Shown piece by piece: positions 58,551 to 64,000 of a stretch of DNA of 64,000 nt (position 1 is its first letter; every line of letters starts with the position of its first letter). The position numbers and the translations under genes are program-made. The stretch comes from a virus, in the IMG/VR virus record IMGVR_UViG_3300005096_000058, positions 32,001 to 96,000 of that record. One strand, written 5' to 3'. The notes under the pieces were generated by a model that did no database searches, had not been told where the DNA came from, and saw only the letters and a program-made list of their open reading frames with translations.

Positions 58551-59075
58551 TTAGCCATCGTGGATCACCCGCTCCAACGTGCGGCTGATCGTGTCCTTGA
58601 TCCTGCCTGATTGTTCTGGGTGTAGCGCCTTCAAGAACCGGGAGGCCACAGCCTTCGCTTGCGCGTTCTGCACGTCTTCGTGCGTGACGTGTTGGCTGTA
58701 CCCGAGTCGATCATTGGCGGGTTCTTCCAGACACATTTGGCGCACCTCCTGCCATTGGACGTTGTTGTGTCCAGACGCCACATAGATACGGGGGCTGCTC
58801 AGGTTGTGGCTGTGCTGGTCGATAAACTGTTGGGCAGCTTGTCTAGTGAAGAACGGTTGCACCCACTTCCAGATGTCTTTGTAGCCAACAGTTTCGTCAG
58901 CGTCGTAGTCGTTGGGGTCGCATTCGTCCCGGTCGCGGTTGAGGTGGACACGTCCTTCAGCGTGGTCATGGTCCATGCCGTAGACACGGAGGCGCTCCTC
59001 GACGATGAAAATGGGGTGAGCGGTGATGTGCTCTTTGGGGTCGTTGCGGACGTCTTCTGAGAATGAAGGTTTCAT
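58551..59075 (-). CDS. Phage hypothetical protein
   Basis: TAHPIFIVEE...FFTRQAA...PRIYVAS motif recalled from phage early genes. Confidence 0.6.
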   Translation of the reverse strand: MKPSFSEDVRNDPKEHITAHPIFIVEERLRVYGMDHDHAEGRVHLNRDRDECDPNDYDADETVGYKDIWKWVQPFFTRQAAQQFIDQHSHNLSSPRIYVASGHNNVQWQEVRQMCLEEPANDRLGYSQHVTHEDVQNAQAKAVASRFLKALHPEQSGRIKDTISRTLERVIHDG

Positions 59076-59286
59076 GGTGTCGTCTGGATGTGTTGGAGGG
59101 CGTTGTGCTCACGGAAGTATTTGCGCACGACCTCTGAGCTCGTCTTGGCTCGTTGGGAGATAACGGAAATGGTCATGGGGTTGCCGCCATTCTTGAGGCT
59201 GGAGAGGATGCGGGCGAGACGCTCATCACGCGCTTGCGTTCTGGATTGAACGCAGCCGGTCTTGAACACTTTGTGTGAGGTGGCGG

Positions 59287-60006
59287 TCATTGTGGTTTCC
59301 GTGGTGGGGTTGTCCGGGGTGTACGTATGAGTCCCTCCGGCCCTGGAAACTGCTCCTCGGGGATTGGCCCTAGGGCCATGCGTGACCTGATCGCGTTCAG
59401 CTTATAAGCGAGTTCTTCTTTGGTGAGTAAGCCGCGGTCTCGTTGTGCGAGCACTACCCGCATCTCGTCTAGGCTGGCCTCGCTGCCGGCGCCTTCAACC
59501 ATTTGTAGGTGGCTGCCGGTCTCTGCGTCGTTTGGGTTGATGGGGATGTCGAGGTCAGAGCGGCCTTTGCGCGCGTTCACCTCGTTAAACTTCTGGACGA
59601 TGGCTGCCCCCAGATCAATGCCCAGCTTTTCAGCGAGCAGGTCGCAGTAGGTGATGACATCGGACAGCTCTTTGCCAATTTCCAGACATGCGGCGTCATC
59701 TGTCAGTGCTCCTTGGCGATGTTTGTTGATCACCTTGATCACCTCTCCGGCTTCGCCCGCAATGAGGGCTGCCCATTCAAGATCTGTGTTCCGGTCGATG
59801 ATGTGGAAGGCTTCTTCACAACGGTTGGCATTGTGCTTGCGGAAAGCGCGGAATGTGAGGTCCCAGCTTAGTGCTTCCGCCGATCGGGTGGCAGCGTCAT
59901 AAGCGCACATCACGTCATAAGCCGCATGGATGGCCCCTGCATCGAGCAGCACCGAAGCCGCCGCAAGAGCCGATGAAAACAGGTCGAGTTGTTTGTCGGT
60001 GGGCAT
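59287..60006 (-). CDS. MazG-like nucleotide pyrophosphohydrolase
   Basis: AGEAGEV...KELSDV...GIDL..AI..KF. Confidence 0.8.
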   Translation of the reverse strand: MPTDKQLDLFSSALAAASVLLDAGAIHAAYDVMCAYDAATRSAEALSWDLTFRAFRKHNANRCEEAFHIIDRNTDLEWAALIAGEAGEVIKVINKHRQGALTDDAACLEIGKELSDVITYCDLLAEKLGIDLGAAIVQKFNEVNARKGRSDLDIPINPNDAETGSHLQMVEGAGSEASLDEMRVVLAQRDRGLLTKEELAYKLNAIRSRMALGPIPEEQFPGPEGLIRTPRTTPPRKPQ

Positions 60007-60007
60007 C

Positions 60008-60445
60008 TCAGCCTCCCATCACCCCGAGCTCGTCGTCGGTGGGCTCGGGTGTGAGTTTTTGTTGTTTGGTGACGACGCGGATTTCCGCACCCGCAAGCAC
60101 GTGACGGGACCGGGCCACGGCGGCGATTTGTTTCTCTTCGGTGTCGATGTCGATGTCGCGCAACGACGTGTTGGCTCCGAGGCGACTGAGCACCTCAGCA
60201 ATGTACGCGGCTGCTGCTGTTTTTCCAGCCTTCGCGGGGCCCTCGACGGTGATGGTGATCATGAGATCCCTCCTCTGGTGTTTCTTGTTGAATTTTGCCG
60301 CCGCAGCTTCAGCTACGACTGGACACATGATGTCGTGTTGACCCACGACGAGGTGCCCATGGTCGGGACTTTTGCAGGCGTCGCATGGCGGGTCCATCTG
60401 GGGCCAGGTGTCGATGTGGATAACGTTCATGTCATCCTGGGTCAT
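60008..60445 (-). CDS. Small protein with a P-loop motif
   Basis: ITVEGPAKAGKT. Confidence 0.5.
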   Translation of the reverse strand: MTQDDMNVIHIDTWPQMDPPCDACKSPDHGHLVVGQHDIMCPVVAEAAAAKFNKKHQRRDLMITITVEGPAKAGKTAAAAYIAEVLSRLGANTSLRDIDIDTEEKQIAAVARSRHVLAGAEIRVVTKQQKLTPEPTDDELGVMGG

Positions 60446-60986
60446 ATTCATCCCCGTGCCCGTCCCAGCCTTCTGGAATCTTGCCGCGGGCGAAAAGTTC
60501 AATGCGCGGGCGATCGCCAAGTAGCTCGACGATGCGATCGCGCACTTCGGGGGGCTTAGTCGAATGCTTCCCAGGCAATGGCTTCGGAGCAAAAACCGTC
60601 TGGACAATCTTCTCGCTCAACAGCGGAAAAACGCGCTTGTCCTTCGTCGAGTAAACAAGGCAGAATTCAGTGAGAGGCTTAACCGTGCGCGGACGGACAC
60701 CACTGGCCTTGAGCGGAGTACCGTCCAGCTTGGTCTTCACCCAAACGAAGGCCACGCCTTGGTAGATCAAGCCTTGTTTCTTCCAGCGTTCGCCGCAGCG
60801 AAGAGCCAGGTCCAACTTCGGGCAGGTCACCCATGAGAAGACGATCGCATCTTTCGCGAGGAAGAGGGACCAATCGAAGTTGGAGATCTCCTCCTCAGTC
60901 ATTTGCTTGTACGTGAGCTTGGCCGTGCCGAATTTTGTGTACGTCCATGGGAAATCAGTGAGGACAATTTCGTAACGCTTGGTCAT
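60432..60986 (-). CDS. MT-A70-family (adenine) methyltransferase
   Basis: TDFPW (DPPW-like), FVWVK, TEFCL, HSTKP, RIELFAR. Confidence 0.85.
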   Translation of the reverse strand: MTKRYEIVLTDFPWTYTKFGTAKLTYKQMTEEEISNFDWSLFLAKDAIVFSWVTCPKLDLALRCGERWKKQGLIYQGVAFVWVKTKLDGTPLKASGVRPRTVKPLTEFCLVYSTKDKRVFPLLSEKIVQTVFAPKPLPGKHSTKPPEVRDRIVELLGDRPRIELFARGKIPEGWDGHGDEYDPG

Positions 60987-62623
60987 TCTGTTCCCCAGTC
61001 GTACTTGTCTAGCTGCATCATCTGCTCGTGCGTGACAAGGGAAAGTTGATTTGCGCTGAGGTAATTGTGGAGGGCAGCCTCAAAGGCGGTTTGGAACGCG
61101 GGGCCTTCGGGCTGCAACGTTGCCACATCCAGCCCCACGTTGGTGGGAAGCACGATTGTATGTGTCTGGACGTTCTGCCCGAGCATCCACTCGTCAATGT
61201 CCTTGGCAAGAAGGCCCAACCCTTTGACGTGTGTGCCAGAGAAGCTGGGTCCGTAACGAAGGTGGATAAGGAAAGTGCTGGGTCCGGCAGCGTGGACGAC
61301 TGGTGGGTGCGCTTGGATCTCCTCCATCTTGGGTCCAGGAGGGATCAGATTTGTGAGTGCTGTTTTTAAGTCTTGTTCAAACTGCGCCAGAGCCTTGTCG
61401 GTGATGGTGTGGTGGTGGTCCTCAATGGTGATATTGCTGCTCTGGCTCGGCCCCACAAACCCACCAGTCGGTCCCCAGGGGACTGGTGAGTAGGGGATCG
61501 GCTTTGCTGGGGTAGCCGCTACTTGCTTGGACCAAGCCAAAGCCTTGTCGTTAAGACTCTGGCGGGCGCCGGTAACGACGTTGTCGCTCGGGATCGGTTC
61601 CTTAGGCACCTGCTGCACGTTGTGGGTGACACAATCATCCCAAGTGAAGGTCAGATCCGGTAACAGCATGCTGACCGCCATCATAAATTGCTCTAGCTGC
61701 GCCTCTGCTCCCCACGTCGCAGCCTTTGTGGTGGTGACGTGGCACGCCAATTTGAAATCTTGGTCGAATTTCGTTTCGACAGACACCACCTCGAACGCAA
61801 GGCCGGCCCCAGCATCGTCCAGCCACTCGTGCAATTGCCCCGATGACGGGGTACTACTTTTTCCCCATGGGGGAGGAAGCAGCGATTTGGCGTACGTGTC
61901 GTCCCAGACGCAAACCACTTCTCCAACCCACGGGGATGCGTGGCTTAACACGTCGTGGATGCAGTTTTGTATGCTGGTCAGATCCACGTGAAGGTTTGGG
62001 TTCGCAAACGTGATCAATAAAGTCTTCTTGTTCTTGGGGAAGCCAAGAGAGGCTACCGATAAGACAAACAGACCGATCGATTTGGCGAGATCTTTGACCC
62101 ACTTCCTGACTCCGCTGATGGTCGCAAAGTCCCAGGCTGCCGATGGTGCTGTGGGCGGCCAGACGGACGCCGTTGGGTGCCATGCCTGCCCATACTTCTG
62201 CTGCATAATTGCCAGGGGCGTGGCTAGCGGGAACTCCTTCGGTGATTCATCAATGATGGCGGTGGTCAGCGAGGGCCCTTTGATCGGGTCTTCGTTGGCC
62301 CTATCCTCTGCCAATTTCTTAGCGAGTTTGGTATCGGCGAGAGCGTACTCGGCAGCTGTGTAGACGGACCCAGCGTCGGCGACGACTTTCAACTCTTGGT
62401 GGGAGACTGTAAGTTGTTGAGCCGTCCAGACAGGCCCTGACGGCATGATCTTCCCGTTGAAATACGCTGATTTGAAACCCGGATCTTGCTCGTGCTTCTT
62501 CTTCAGCGCAAGCATCTGTTCATCATCCAGAAGGAGGATGCCTGGGCCTGTCCCCGCGTAATTTAGCCGGTCGATCGTCACGTCCAGAGCAGGGTTGAAC
62601 AGGCTGATGGGTTTTCCAGACAC
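60983..62623 (-). CDS. Hypothetical protein (546 aa)
   Basis: Long coupled ORF; no domain recognised. Confidence 0.6.
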   Translation of the reverse strand: MSGKPISLFNPALDVTIDRLNYAGTGPGILLLDDEQMLALKKKHEQDPGFKSAYFNGKIMPSGPVWTAQQLTVSHQELKVVADAGSVYTAAEYALADTKLAKKLAEDRANEDPIKGPSLTTAIIDESPKEFPLATPLAIMQQKYGQAWHPTASVWPPTAPSAAWDFATISGVRKWVKDLAKSIGLFVLSVASLGFPKNKKTLLITFANPNLHVDLTSIQNCIHDVLSHASPWVGEVVCVWDDTYAKSLLPPPWGKSSTPSSGQLHEWLDDAGAGLAFEVVSVETKFDQDFKLACHVTTTKAATWGAEAQLEQFMMAVSMLLPDLTFTWDDCVTHNVQQVPKEPIPSDNVVTGARQSLNDKALAWSKQVAATPAKPIPYSPVPWGPTGGFVGPSQSSNITIEDHHHTITDKALAQFEQDLKTALTNLIPPGPKMEEIQAHPPVVHAAGPSTFLIHLRYGPSFSGTHVKGLGLLAKDIDEWMLGQNVQTHTIVLPTNVGLDVATLQPEGPAFQTAFEAALHNYLSANQLSLVTHEQMMQLDKYDWGTE

Positions 62624-62626
62624 GAA

Positions 62627-62965
62627 TCAGACGCCTTTCAGATGACTGAAAAGCACCGTTTCAATCTGGGCAAAACCCACGTCATCTAGGTTCAGCACCA
62701 CGGTCGTGCGCAGCTCAGCCATGATCGTGTCCGCGACGTCACCATTGATCGCCTTTTCAGCGCGCAGATCATGGGCCAGCTGCTCGTATTTGGTCGCGAG
62801 GGTGTGCATGCGCGTCTGGACGTTCTCGTGTTTGGTCCGTTCTGCATCGGCGTATGCCTTCAGTTTGTCGAAGCGCTCACCTAAGTTGGAGAGTTCCCGT
62901 TCCTCCTCCGCACGCGCTTCGTTGATGAGGTTGAACGCTATCTGGATTTTGTCGTCAGAGGGCAT
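62627..62965 (-). CDS. Coiled-coil hypothetical protein
   Basis: 112 aa, AGGAG RBS. Confidence 0.55.
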   Translation of the reverse strand: MPSDDKIQIAFNLINEARAEEERELSNLGERFDKLKAYADAERTKHENVQTRMHTLATKYEQLAHDLRAEKAINGDVADTIMAELRTTVVLNLDDVGFAQIETVLFSHLKGV

Positions 62966-62969
62966 GGGC

Positions 62970-63200
62970 TTATCTCCTGGGCAGAAGGGCTGTGAGCTTC
63001 ACACCAAGGGCGTCGGCGATCGTGCGCATCGTACCAAGGGTTGGTTTCCTGTCCCCTCGTTCAAGCTTGAGAATGGCGTCGTAATGCAAGCCGCACGTGT
63101 CCGCGAACTCAGCGCGTGTTTGCTTTCGTTTCAGACGCGCTTTGGTGAGGCGTTCACCAAACCCATCAAGGGCTTCGGCGTTGTATTCGGCGTTTGTCAT
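62970..63200 (-). CDS. XRE-family HTH regulator
   Basis: FGERLTKAR...TRAEFA...LERGDRKPTL...IADALGV. Confidence 0.88.
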   Translation of the reverse strand: MTNAEYNAEALDGFGERLTKARLKRKQTRAEFADTCGLHYDAILKLERGDRKPTLGTMRTIADALGVKLTALLPRR

Positions 63201-63204
63201 AGGA

Positions 63205-63987
63205 TCACTCCCCAAATGGTTGCGTGGCGTCGAGATCGTCTAGCCAGCCTGGGTATTGTTCGTAAGAGGGGAGCAGCGCTGCCTGTTTCGCGTGTCTTTT
63301 GCGCGGAAAACTTCCTCGTCTTGCCGTGAACTTGTTGCGCTCGGATGCCACACGGGCGTGATCAACACACGCCCGGAAGTTGCCCGCGTGCAGGGCTGCA
63401 CAGAGGTCATGATCATCCTCGATCACCCGGTCGAACTCGGTCCATGCGATGCCAATCATGCCGGCCCAATGTGCATCCGAGCCCCCGGTGATGGGTAGGC
63501 CCATTCGTTGGGCCGCTCCGCGTGCGAGAGCGTTTGTCTCGGGCGATCGGGTTTCCACCTGCCCGTTGTAGCCCTCGATAGCAGCGAGCCCCTGAAGGCC
63601 TGTAACGTGGTCCTTGGCTGCGCGAGCGTAGCCTTTGTAAGGGTGGGGCACGACGCAGGCGCCGCCCATGGCGTTCACCTCGTCAATAACGGCCTGGATG
63701 TTGGGGTACATGCCCCAGGCCAGCGCGGGGACGGGGACGTCGATCCCGAAAATGAGCAGGTGGTTCATCTCCGTGCTGTACTCAACACCTACGAACGCGC
63801 GCACGCCCACCGCCTCCAGGGCCTCAGCCACCCGGTGCACCTCCGCATTGTCCCCCACCGTGTTGGTGTGGTGGTCCGTGAGACAAAGCCCATCGAGGCC
63901 CGCAGCCTTAGCCGCGTGGGCAATGTCGACGGGGGAGCTCATGCCGTCGGAGCCCTTTGTGTGGCTGTGCATATCGAGCTTGAACAT
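63205..63987 (-). CDS. PHP-domain phosphoesterase
   Basis: DMHSHT, TDHH, GVE, PHP, IEGYNG, GSDAH. Confidence 0.9.
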   Translation of the reverse strand: MFKLDMHSHTKGSDGMSSPVDIAHAAKAAGLDGLCLTDHHTNTVGDNAEVHRVAEALEAVGVRAFVGVEYSTEMNHLLIFGIDVPVPALAWGMYPNIQAVIDEVNAMGGACVVPHPYKGYARAAKDHVTGLQGLAAIEGYNGQVETRSPETNALARGAAQRMGLPITGGSDAHWAGMIGIAWTEFDRVIEDDHDLCAALHAGNFRACVDHARVASERNKFTARRGSFPRKRHAKQAALLPSYEQYPGWLDDLDATQPFGE

Positions 63988-64000
63988 CTCAGCTACCGAT

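Larger units (their letters stand above)
467..62820. repeat. Dispersed over-represented motif TCCAGAC(R)/(Y)GTCTGGA
   Basis: About 124 copies by hand count (about 69 TCCAGAC, 55 GTCTGGA on the plus strand); about 8 expected at 60% GC. Confidence 0.9.

Noticed and set aside
60446-60607. Overlap of 60008..60607 with MT-A70 as a second dual-coding case
   Set aside because: The overlap has no motif, and a later ATG near 60445 explains the gene.
467-62820. TCCAGAC as a CRISPR repeat or classical Chi site
   Set aside because: Only 7-8 bp, irregularly spaced and inside genes, so not an array; both orientations are common, unlike strand-polarised Chi.
1-64000. Integrase, att sites, host genes, reverse transcriptase/DGR, host assignment
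   Set aside because: None recognised in this window, so lifestyle and host cannot be determined from it.

Overview
This 64-kb window (about 60% GC by eye) is part of a large tailed-phage genome; every credible gene is on the minus strand. Positions 1-39,400 are the late morphogenesis region. In transcription order: terminase large subunit (intein in the Walker A motif), two probable internal head proteins, portal (second intein), a MuF-like minor head protein fused to pyrophosphatase-like and ParB-like domains, a 2226-aa kinase/ADP-ribosyltransferase-like protein, prohead protease, scaffold, a Herelleviridae-type (phage K/A511-like) major capsid protein, decoration/fibre genes, a patatin phospholipase, and neck genes. 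Positions 40,000-64,000 hold many small early/accessory genes with a repeated sigma70-type promoter/operator, a C5 methyltransferase whose motif IX lies in an overlapping frame, an MT-A70 methyltransferase, SNase, MazG-like and PHP proteins. Main unexplained signals: (1) the 7-mer TCCAGAC/GTCTGGA occurs about 124 times by hand count versus about 8 expected, and is missing from apparently foreign segments; (2) head proteins are punctuated by hydrophobic-x-K-[A/S/G] sites and share an RGG tag, suggesting a protease-processed capsid-cargo system; (3) a hairpin-rich ~380-nt non-coding element ends in a terminator just before the packaging genes. All calls come from motif recognition by eye; no database searches were run.
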